36,595 nucleotides of DNA from a virus (Duplodnaviria > Caudoviricetes), in the IMG/VR virus record IMGVR_UViG_3300027719_000035, positions 1 through 36,595 of that record. One strand, written 5' to 3'. Positions within the stretch are counted from its first letter, which is position 1. Each line of letters starts with the position of its first letter. The notes beneath the pieces are model-generated. The model was given only the letters and a program-made list of their open reading frames with translations, had not been told where the DNA came from and made no database searches. The translations under genes and the position numbers were made by a program. Positions 9,354-16,684 of this stretch are shown here, piece after piece.

Positions 9354-9848
9354 TTAATTTTCATTTGTAAAATATTCCAATAAATACATCCAATAAAACC
9401 ACCTGTTATAACAAAAACTCCATTCTTCAGATAGCGGCTCCTGGTCTTTTAATAATCGACTATATAAATTTATTTTACCGACTATTATTTTTACTTTCTC
9501 TTTTCTTTTCCTTTCCCGATCAATAGCTTGTTGTTGTCTTGCTCTCGTTTCTCGCATAATCCGTTCTGTTTTTTCATCAACTTCATTAGTACCGCCTAAT
9601 ATCTGAAATGCTGTCCAATAATTGCAATGTTCAAAATGTTGTACGATTTCAAATATATCCATCTTTTTACCACATACAAAACATTGCGTACCATCAGGGA
9701 AAACTTTCAGGTTATAGTCTTTACCGTTATGGCAGAAACCTTTACATCGACCATGATTAACTTTAACACCATATCGGGAAAGGACATCTTTTGCATCTAC
9801 CGTACTAATCAAATATGCTTTACGTTCGTTAATTTGTTCTTTTGTCAT
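9354..9848 (-). CDS. CHC2 zinc-finger protein (DnaG N-terminal-like, no TOPRIM domain)
   Basis: 'CKGFCH...QCFVCGKKMDIFEIVQHFEHCNYWTAFQILGG'. Confidence 0.8.
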   Translation of the reverse strand: MTKEQINERKAYLISTVDAKDVLSRYGVKVNHGRCKGFCHNGKDYNLKVFPDGTQCFVCGKKMDIFEIVQHFEHCNYWTAFQILGGTNEVDEKTERIMRETRARQQQAIDRERKRKEKVKIIVGKINLYSRLLKDQEPLSEEWSFCYNRWFYWMYLLEYFTNEN

Positions 9849-10063
9849 GGCTGCGCCGCTTTCTCATTAAAAATATCAAAAATATCGTATTTCTTTTTAT
9901 TAGAAAAAACAACAGTACTATCTTTATATTTAGTACAATAACAGTAAGATTTACCATTGTTTGAAATTCTTCCACCACTCATTATATTTCTAACCATCGT
10001 CATTGCTTCTGATTCTGAAACACAATTATCTCTGATATTAATTTTGATTGTATTTGTTATCAT
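9845..10063 (-). CDS. Hypothetical protein
   Basis: ATGA overlaps on both sides. Confidence 0.65.
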   Translation of the reverse strand: MITNTIKINIRDNCVSESEAMTMVRNIMSGGRISNNGKSYCYCTKYKDSTVVFSNKKKYDIFDIFNEKAAQP

Positions 10064-10365
10064 TCCGCCACCTCACATTCTGAATTAAGCCAATTAATCA
10101 TTGCTATATTACATTTTTCCACAGAACAAGCAATATCGTGTTTATATACCACGTTTATTAAACAGTTAATGCATATGTCTTCATTTTCAAATTCATTTAA
10201 AAACTCTGCCATTTCTTCCACGGTCATTTTTTGAATACGTTCTAAATTAGTCATTGGTTTTTGTTCGCATTCAGTACAAATCATCCTTGTAAGAGTCTTA
10301 GGATAAACAGTAACATCTTCTACTTCGATATATCCTTTTCCACCGCATTTTTCACATTTGCTCAT
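10060..10365 (-). CDS. Cys-rich hypothetical protein (CxxCxGxG zinc finger plus 'MTNLERIQKM' module)
   Basis: CEKCGGKG, CTEC, CINC motifs. Confidence 0.7.
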   Translation of the reverse strand: MSKCEKCGGKGYIEVEDVTVYPKTLTRMICTECEQKPMTNLERIQKMTVEEMAEFLNEFENEDICINCLINVVYKHDIACSVEKCNIAMINWLNSECEVAE

Positions 10366-10366
10366 T

Positions 10367-10882
10367 TTACACCTGTCCTTTCAGTGATTGTTCTGCTTCT
10401 TCTCGTGTTAGAAAGGCATATTTTCCAATAAACTCAACTGGATACGCACTTCCTTTACTATAAAATACAATTCCATGCTCGTTTATTTGCCATCTTCTTA
10501 TCTTATCTTTTACAATTCCTTGTTTTGAAAACGCAAAATACAATGGTGTCCCTGCTAAATATGGCAATTTTACCGACTGTTCTAATTCTGATTTTAACTG
10601 CTCAATCTCATCAATAGAAGCTGAATATTGTTCGAAATAATGATTATTTTGATTTTTTAACCGTTCAATCTCGGCTTTGAGTTTGGTGTTTTCATTTTCT
10701 GTTTCAACTAATTTATTAAAAAAAACAATATTTTCATTTTGTAAATTAGAAATATGTTCAATCAATAATGAGTTATGCTCAAGTGCAGATATTGCGGTTT
10801 TAACTGATTCATGTTCCGATTCTGTAATACTGATTACATCGTCAAGATTTCTCATTGATTTAATTGCTTCTTCATTCGTCAT
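10367..10882 (-). CDS. Coiled-coil hypothetical phage protein
   Basis: Heptad region; C-terminal 'IGKYAFLTREEAE' motif typical of Firmicutes phages. Confidence 0.7.
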   Translation of the reverse strand: MTNEEAIKSMRNLDDVISITESEHESVKTAISALEHNSLLIEHISNLQNENIVFFNKLVETENENTKLKAEIERLKNQNNHYFEQYSASIDEIEQLKSELEQSVKLPYLAGTPLYFAFSKQGIVKDKIRRWQINEHGIVFYSKGSAYPVEFIGKYAFLTREEAEQSLKGQV

Positions 10883-11239
10883 TTATTTATTCTCCTTATT
10901 TTCTAAATCACACCATATACCGTCTTCGTAACAACGACAAATTGATAATGGTATAAAAGCATCGTTCCTATTTACTCCACCAAACTCATCCTCATAAATA
11001 TATTTCTTATATCCCAAATGAATCATTTTTTCAATATCATTATTTATGACTTGAATAAAACCATCTTTTATATTATGACCACAACAACATCCACAAGTAT
11101 GTATTCCTTTTATCCATAGAGTATTTATTTCTCTTTCTAAACACGCATCTACATGTATTTCATCTTTATAGTCATCTGAGCAATTACATTTTATCATATT
11201 CTGTGGAGGATGTAATAATATTTGTTTATTATTGAACAT
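10883..11239 (-). CDS. Hypothetical protein with 'T-x-x-CCCGH' motif
   Basis: 'VDACLEREINTLWIKGIHTCGCCCGH'. Confidence 0.7.
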   Translation of the reverse strand: MFNNKQILLHPPQNMIKCNCSDDYKDEIHVDACLEREINTLWIKGIHTCGCCCGHNIKDGFIQVINNDIEKMIHLGYKKYIYEDEFGGVNRNDAFIPLSICRCYEDGIWCDLENKENK

Positions 11240-11475
11240 TATTTATCCTCGCTTTCTACGCACAAATTTTTCAACATTTCTTCCAATCTCATTTCTAATT
11301 CCATTTCAAAATATTCATTGTCAGTATTAAAAATAGTAAATGCCCATCCCAATTCATTATCATTTCTTTTAAATCTAAAACAACCTCGTTTTTTAATGCT
11401 TCCAGGAACTATTTCTGAATTAAAATAAAATCTTAAATTGTTATCTTCACATAATTTCATTATTTTATTAAACAT
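11239..11475 (-). CDS. Hypothetical protein
   Basis: Coupled ORF with SD GAGGA. Confidence 0.65.
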   Translation of the reverse strand: MFNKIMKLCEDNNLRFYFNSEIVPGSIKKRGCFRFKRNDNELGWAFTIFNTDNEYFEMELEMRLEEMLKNLCVESEDK

Positions 11476-11739
11476 TTATTTATCCTCGCTTTCGTGAATG
11501 TTATTATTTGACAATTCATCTAATATAAAATTATTGTAATCTTTTTTCTTGAAAACATAATCGGACTTATTACATAAGCTGTCTTTTTCTAATATTGCCT
11601 TTATTAATTTTGCGTTTTGTAAACTGTTGCAAATTAAAACAAGTTTTTCATCTTCAAAAATTCCGTAATCGCAAACAACTGAATCTACCTTATATCCGTT
11701 CATTTTACTCTGCTTCCTTTCCAATAAAATCTCCAACAT
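11476..11739 (-). CDS. Hypothetical protein (likely start at MNGYK, 11703)
   Basis: ORF following the HTH gene. Confidence 0.6.
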   Translation of the reverse strand: MLEILLERKQSKMNGYKVDSVVCDYGIFEDEKLVLICNSLQNAKLIKAILEKDSLCNKSDYVFKKKDYNNFILDELSNNNIHESEDK

Positions 11740-11908
11740 TCATTGATAATACTTCACATAATTTGATAAAATTAGAAAAAGATGGCTCGGCTTGATTATT
11801 TTCCCATCTGATAATTTGATGTCGGTATACTCCAACTAATTCTGCTAATTTCTCTTGTGAATAACCGATATTTTTACGTCTTGATTTGATGTAACTTCCT
11901 AATTGCAT
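11705..11908 (-). CDS. XRE/Cro-like HTH regulator
   Basis: 'YSQEKLAELVGVYRHQIIRWENNQAEPS'. Confidence 0.9.
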   Translation of the reverse strand: MQLGSYIKSRRKNIGYSQEKLAELVGVYRHQIIRWENNQAEPSFSNFIKLCEVLSMNVGDFIGKEAE

Positions 11909-11932
11909 TTACACACCTACCTTTCTAGGAAC

Positions 11933-11961
11933 ATGATAACACGATTGAAACTTAAAAGCAA
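11933..11961 (-). promoter_or_regulatory. sigmaA promoter upstream of the XRE gene
   Basis: TTGCTT-N17-TATCAT with extended TG. Confidence 0.65.
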
Positions 11962-11985
11962 CATATATTTTTTCATTTTCCACAC

Positions 11986-12019
11986 AAAAACAGAGCAGCC
12001 ACTTTCATGACCGCCCCGC
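11986..12019 (-). terminator. Intrinsic terminator
   Basis: GCGGGGCGGTCAT-GAAA-GTGGCTGCTCTGT-TTTT; G-U pairs only form on the minus-strand RNA. Confidence 0.8.
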
Positions 12020-12027
12020 AAGCTAAA

Positions 12028-12192
12028 CTATAACCACCATTCATACCATTTTAATTTTTGCAAATGACTTACAAGTCCTTTTTGTTTGCAATATTCTCTT
12101 GCCTTCCACTTATCTACAGGTCTACCAATTAAAAAATATAAAATTAATCCTAATAAAAAATAAGGCAAAATATCTTTAACCAACATAATCAT
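12028..12192 (-). CDS. 54-aa single-TM membrane protein (not in ORF track)
   Basis: MIMLVKDILPYFLLGLILYFLIGRPVDKWKAREYCKQKGLVSHLQKLKWYEWWL; TAATG coupling to the upstream gene. Confidence 0.7.
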   Translation of the reverse strand: MIMLVKDILPYFLLGLILYFLIGRPVDKWKAREYCKQKGLVSHLQKLKWYEWWL

Positions 12193-12713
12193 TATTCCTT
12201 TCCCATCAACAACTCAATAACCATTTTTCCCATATCCTGCTTTTTCGCAAATGCATATTCGCACCCATACTTTTCTTTTATGGTAGTCATTGCTTTAAAC
12301 AACTGTTTACCGTTAATTGGTGGGATTTTATTAATTTTATAATTCTTCATTTTTCCGACCGCTTGACAGTTTTTAATTTTTAACCATTTTAAATATCTTG
12401 GATTCTGCCAATGCTCAATATCATATAAACACATAACGTTTTCTTCCTGGATAAGAAAAATAAGTGTTATGCCGCACTCTCTTGCACGTTCTATTTCTGC
12501 AATAAATCGTTTGTGATCCTGGCATATATTTTGTGCAATTTCCAACAAGCCTGATCCGCTTGATTTTTTGTCAATACAAACAGAATGATTAAGTATATCG
12601 GAATAATCTCCGCACATTAATTTTTCTCCCGCCTTGTATTGCTGCCCTACTTCATTGAAATAATCAATAATATATTTATTGTCTTTTTCCCTACTATCTA
12701 TTTGAATTATCAA
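12192..12713 (-). CDS. ERCC4-domain nuclease (probable resolvase)
   Basis: 'IQIDSREK', 'KLMCGDY', 'VCIDKK', 'RFIAEIERA'. Confidence 0.85.
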   Translation of the reverse strand: MIIQIDSREKDNKYIIDYFNEVGQQYKAGEKLMCGDYSDILNHSVCIDKKSSGSGLLEIAQNICQDHKRFIAEIERARECGITLIFLIQEENVMCLYDIEHWQNPRYLKWLKIKNCQAVGKMKNYKINKIPPINGKQLFKAMTTIKEKYGCEYAFAKKQDMGKMVIELLMGKE

Positions 12714-13015
12714 TAGTTTCCCCTTTCTTCTTCCATTCTTCCAATCTGACTATTCAACTTAAATTCAACACGATCCTTGACTTCCTGCCCGCATTCTAAT
12801 AAATATGATAATTTTGCGATTTCGATTTTCATTGATGCTATTTTATCAATCAATCGATCTGTTTTAATATTTTCATTGGAATGTTCAAACATATATCTAT
12901 AATCTACAATTTCAGTATACAAATCTTCGTCTTTTCTTAATGTATTACATAATTGCTTTTCAATCCCATAAAAATCAGCAATCTGTTTTATTTTTTCTCT
13001 TTGTTGTTGCTTCAT
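12710..13015 (-). CDS. MazG-like (all-alpha NTP-PPase fold) protein with degenerate active site
   Basis: 'IADFYG.EKQ...LIDKIASMKI...LSYLL...KLNSQIGR' follows the phage MazG-like pattern; start reassigned to MKQQQ after SD AGGAG. Confidence 0.6.
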   Translation of the reverse strand: MKQQQREKIKQIADFYGIEKQLCNTLRKDEDLYTEIVDYRYMFEHSNENIKTDRLIDKIASMKIEIAKLSYLLECGQEVKDRVEFKLNSQIGRMEEERGNY

Positions 13016-13028
13016 TAATGTAATGCTC

Positions 13029-13172
13029 CTATTCTTCTTCACTTGGTGGAAATTCATTTATATTCACGCATAATCCATTGTCGAATATTCTTCCACATTC
13101 TCCACATTTATGACACATTCCGTAATGACCTGATTCACATTCGTCACAAGTCCAATAATCTATAAATAACAT
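13029..13172 (-). CDS. 47-aa Cys-rich metal-binding microprotein (not in ORF track)
   Basis: MLFIDYWTCDECESGHYGMCHKCGECGRIFDNGLCVNINEFPPSEEE; SD GAAAGGA. Confidence 0.7.
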   Translation of the reverse strand: MLFIDYWTCDECESGHYGMCHKCGECGRIFDNGLCVNINEFPPSEEE

Positions 13173-13185
13173 ACCTTAATTCCTT

Positions 13186-13268
13186 TCTATTTGCCTTAAA
13201 TTAGCCACCTAAATACATTTAACGGTAAAATGTTCGTGTTGTGTATGGAAGTGTCTAGGAATGGTTAA
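13186..13268. repeat. Dispersed structured repeat, copy A
   Basis: Aligns by eye with 13891-13972; imperfect hairpin. Confidence 0.65.
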
Positions 13269-13463
13269 ATCAGTTCCATTTTTAAATCTTTCAAAGAATT
13301 TATTGTTTCGTCATTTGAATATATTTCTACATTTTCAAATTTTGTTGTTTTTGTTTTTTTTATTATACTTTCCAATTACAAAATATTTATTATCTGCAAT
13401 AATCACTTCATAAATATAGATTTCTCTAGCAACAAAATTGCCTGTTTTAACCAATGTTTTCAT
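13265..13463 (-). pseudogene. Small gene interrupted by one extra A in an A8 tract
   Basis: SD AGGAG plus ATG at 13463; removing one A at 13354-13361 gives a continuous 65-aa ORF ending at 13265. Confidence 0.5.
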
Positions 13464-13473
13464 TTTTATTCTC

Positions 13474-13833
13474 CTATTTTTCGTAAAAAGGCGGAAGTGG
13501 TTTCCATGCTATAACTTCTCGATGAACGTCTTTTTCAATTTCTTCATCGCAACATCTAGGATAATTCCATCCTGTAAAATCAGTTGATTTTTGATAATGC
13601 ATAGTTCTTACTACTGTTGTATTATATAATGGAACGTAATTTCCATCACTCCACTCATGATATGTTACTAAATATATACCACTTGTACACGGAACTCCAT
13701 CTACGCACGGAACCCATATTATCGCATTTGGTTGTTTGCTTAATATCTGCTCCATGTTTGCAATATAGTCATAGTTTGAAATATTTAATTTCTCTATGTC
13801 ATTCAATAATTTATCAGCATCAATTAATTTCAT
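13474..13833 (-). CDS. DUF551-like phage protein
   Basis: 'MKLIDADKL', 'WVPCVDGVP', 'VIAWKPLP'. Confidence 0.8.
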   Translation of the reverse strand: MKLIDADKLLNDIEKLNISNYDYIANMEQILSKQPNAIIWVPCVDGVPCTSGIYLVTYHEWSDGNYVPLYNTTVVRTMHYQKSTDFTGWNYPRCCDEEIEKDVHREVIAWKPLPPFYEK

Positions 13834-13890
13834 TTTTATACCTCTTACCTTTCCGTTAATAACTCGATTATCCGTTTACCTGTGCTTTGT

Positions 13891-13972
13891 TCTATTTGCC
13901 ACCATATAGCCACTATAAACACTTTAACGATAAAATGCTTGTCTGTGTAAATAATGGCTTTAAATGGCTTAA
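13891..13972. repeat. Dispersed structured repeat, copy B
   Basis: TCTATTTGCC..TAGCCAC..TTTAACG.TAAAATG.T.GT shared with copy A. Confidence 0.65.
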
Positions 13973-13993
13973 TTATTAAACTACAATATTAAT

Positions 13994-14374
13994 TTAATTA
14001 AATGGTAAAGAATCTTCCAGAGTATCTTCAATTTTCATGAAATCATCATTTCCACTTACCTGCTGACTTGGTGCATTGTCCTGATACTCTGCCTGTTCAA
14101 ATGAGAATACTAAAAAATTTGTATATCCCTGCTTTGTTTCTTTGTTGTATGAATTTGTAACTTCAACATCTCCTAGTTTAATTTTAATACCTTCCTGTAA
14201 TGCTTGAATATCTGTGTGCGCCTGTCCTATAAATCTGACGAACTTACTCGCAAAATCTGTTTCATACTGATCCGTTGTTTTATTCTTCTTACTTGTGGAA
14301 ATTTCAACCACTGAATAATTTCCTTTGTCCTCAAATCTCCATACTTTCGCATAACTTCCTGTTCTAAATCCCAT
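13994..14374 (-). CDS. ssb: Single-stranded DNA-binding protein
   Basis: OB-fold-like beta pattern, acidic tail 'EDSLPFN', position after RecT and MBL; start MGFRTG after SD AGGAG. Confidence 0.8.
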   Translation of the reverse strand: MGFRTGSYAKVWRFEDKGNYSVVEISTSKKNKTTDQYETDFASKFVRFIGQAHTDIQALQEGIKIKLGDVEVTNSYNKETKQGYTNFLVFSFEQAEYQDNAPSQQVSGNDDFMKIEDTLEDSLPFN

Positions 14375-14393
14375 TTTTTTAAATTCTCCTTTT

Positions 14394-15143
14394 CTACCAT
14401 GGAAACAAATCAACGTTTATTTCCAATCCACTATCTGCAATCGTAACGCAAACAGTATTGTCAACAGTTTCTTTTACTTCTTTTAATATCAATTTTTCTA
14501 ACGAATTACTATCAGATAAATGCAATAAACATACATTTAGCAAAGCACTACTCATATTATGTTCAATAAATTTTTTGCACGTATCTAATGACATATGGCT
14601 TTTTACTATCCTATTCCGTAATGATTCATGCAGATGTCCATTCAGCACCATTTCATCAATCTTATCTGTGTCATAATTACATTCTATCATTAAATGATTC
14701 AGACGTAAATTTGAAAAATCATATCTGATATATTGTGTATCGGTAGCGAATAGCATGGTTCCAATTTCATCATGTCTAATTAAAAACCCGAATGGTTCAG
14801 CACAATCATGCTCTACACGGAATGGAGTTATATTGAAACCGCCAAACTGATACCAATAACCACTACGATGTTCGGGAACGGAAAGGTTTAATTTTTTTAT
14901 TGTTCCTGCTGATGTAATAATTGGAATACCTGCCTTTGCATATTCGTGAATATATTTGGAATGATCCCCATCCTCGTGACTCAGGGTTACACATTTAATC
15001 TTGCTTATATCAAAATCCAATGCTTTTTTGACTTCTAAAAACGGTATGCCTGCTTCAAGAATTATGACTTCTTCATCATTTTGCAGAACATAACAATTTG
15101 CTTTTGAACCACTTGCTAAAACTGTAAATTTTATTTTAACCAC
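14394..15143 (-). CDS. Metallo-beta-lactamase-fold hydrolase (probable exonuclease)
   Basis: 'LASGSKANCY', 'SHEDGDH', 'HD', 'FATDT', 'IECNY', 'SHMS', 'LLHLS'. Confidence 0.88.
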   Translation of the reverse strand: MVKIKFTVLASGSKANCYVLQNDEEVIILEAGIPFLEVKKALDFDISKIKCVTLSHEDGDHSKYIHEYAKAGIPIITSAGTIKKLNLSVPEHRSGYWYQFGGFNITPFRVEHDCAEPFGFLIRHDEIGTMLFATDTQYIRYDFSNLRLNHLMIECNYDTDKIDEMVLNGHLHESLRNRIVKSHMSLDTCKKFIEHNMSSALLNVCLLHLSDSNSLEKLILKEVKETVDNTVCVTIADSGLEINVDLFPW

Positions 15144-15164
15144 CTTCTTTCCGTGTAGGACCTG

Positions 15165-15386
15165 TTATTTTTTATCTTCAATAAATCCGAATGAACTGTT
15201 ATGATCGCAACATCCATCATTCACAACTTTTTCAACCACTATTTTTAATTCTGAATGCCCACGTCTTACAATTTCCATTTTTTCTTCATGCGTCAATTTT
15301 CTATCTGATGCAAATTTAAATGTAAATGTGTTATTTTTTAACATCTTCTCAACTCTCTTTCTGCCAACCTTCGTCAACCACTTCAC
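15165..15386 (-). CDS. Hypothetical protein (true start uncertain)
   Basis: Fills the gap between RecT and MBL. Confidence 0.55.
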   Translation of the reverse strand: MKWLTKVGRKRVEKMLKNNTFTFKFASDRKLTHEEKMEIVRRGHSELKIVVEKVVNDGCCDHNSSFGFIEDKK

Positions 15387-16368
15387 TGTCTACAGTTTCA
15401 ATAACTTCTTTTTCCTTTTCCGTAGAATTATTTTTTACCGGTTCATCAATTACAAATTCTTCACTGTTTGCATTTTCTTCAATCTCTGCCATAGATTCAA
15501 TTTCCATATATCTGTTTTCTGCCTGCTTCATATAAATAAAATCTTCATCAACTTTTTCGGGATCAATTTCAATATGCTTTTCCCCATAAACGTATCTCTC
15601 CAAAGTCTTTTTATACATTTCATCTTTCCAACCATCTGTTTCAATATCGACCTGCTTACCATTTTCATATCCTTTTGCTTTACCACCCCAAAATTCAGCG
15701 GCAGCATATTTCGGTTTACGTTTCAAAATTCCTGCTAAATCTAAAATAATTAATTTATTCATGGTAGGATCGTCACAAACAATATAACCAAATCCACCAA
15801 CGCATTCTCCACGGTCAAATGGATTTACGATTTCAAATTCATAATTTTCAACATTATTACTTGCTGATTTTTTAATTGGTTTGAAAATATCATTTTTGTA
15901 TACCAATTCCGTAATAACATTTTTGTGCGGATGAAGCGCATACTTGTCGGCTACGTATTTGATGCCATTGTACCCTTTGATAAATGTAACAGAATAATGT
16001 TTGCCGTCTTTCTGTTTGTACGGAATAGCCACTAAATGATTAGTTTGCATCATATCAAGACCCATTTTTGAATAATGCTTCACATCAAGTGCTAATTGCC
16101 CTAAATCAACCGTGTTCCATGTGATAGGTAGGTCATTTTTATAACTTGCCTGCGTACACTTTGAATTTTTCGCAATTCTGTTTTCATCTGCCACTTTTAA
16201 AGCACGATCAATCCCAATAAAATAACCTTGAATTAATTTCTTTTGATAGTCAGAAACTTCATTAATTCCTGATACTTGGCTACCAAACTCACGAATAACA
16301 AATGATTGGAATTTTTCTGATTCTGTTAGTTGCGTTTGTTTTTGCTCTACTACTTCGTTTTTTGCCAT
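15349..16368 (-). CDS. recT: RecT/Bet-family single-strand annealing protein
   Basis: 'MGLD....HLVAIPY', 'KGYNG', 'ELVYKND.F', 'DEMYKKT'; context between SbcC-like ATPase and MBL. Confidence 0.85.
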   Translation of the reverse strand: MAKNEVVEQKQTQLTESEKFQSFVIREFGSQVSGINEVSDYQKKLIQGYFIGIDRALKVADENRIAKNSKCTQASYKNDLPITWNTVDLGQLALDVKHYSKMGLDMMQTNHLVAIPYKQKDGKHYSVTFIKGYNGIKYVADKYALHPHKNVITELVYKNDIFKPIKKSASNNVENYEFEIVNPFDRGECVGGFGYIVCDDPTMNKLIILDLAGILKRKPKYAAAEFWGGKAKGYENGKQVDIETDGWKDEMYKKTLERYVYGEKHIEIDPEKVDEDFIYMKQAENRYMEIESMAEIEENANSEEFVIDEPVKNNSTEKEKEVIETVDSEVVDEGWQKES

Positions 16369-16383
16369 TTTACACCTCTTTCT

Positions 16384-16683
16384 TTAATCCGTATTTACTC
16401 TTCCGTTATAAACTCCGTTGCTTTCACTACAACTTGCACCAAAATGACTAAATCCATCATCTACAATTATAATCATTTCATCAGTTGTCGGATTTCTACC
16501 TATTGCATTTAACATTCTTTGACTCGGTTTTACTTTAAACACATAATGCGCGTATCCATTCGTTATTTCATTAATATCCCATTTTTCGTTATGTGGAATA
16601 TTTTTAATTTTTTCAAGTATTTTATCTCTTACCGCTCTCTGTTTAACCAATTCTTCTTCCGTGTATTCACATATCGCTTTCAT
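16384..16683 (-). CDS. Hypothetical protein flanked by 17-bp direct repeats
   Basis: Coupled ORF; CATTTTACACCTCTTTC on both sides. Confidence 0.7.
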   Translation of the reverse strand: MKAICEYTEEELVKQRAVRDKILEKIKNIPHNEKWDINEITNGYAHYVFKVKPSQRMLNAIGRNPTTDEMIIIVDDGFSHFGASCSESNGVYNGRVNTD

Positions 16684-16684
16684 T

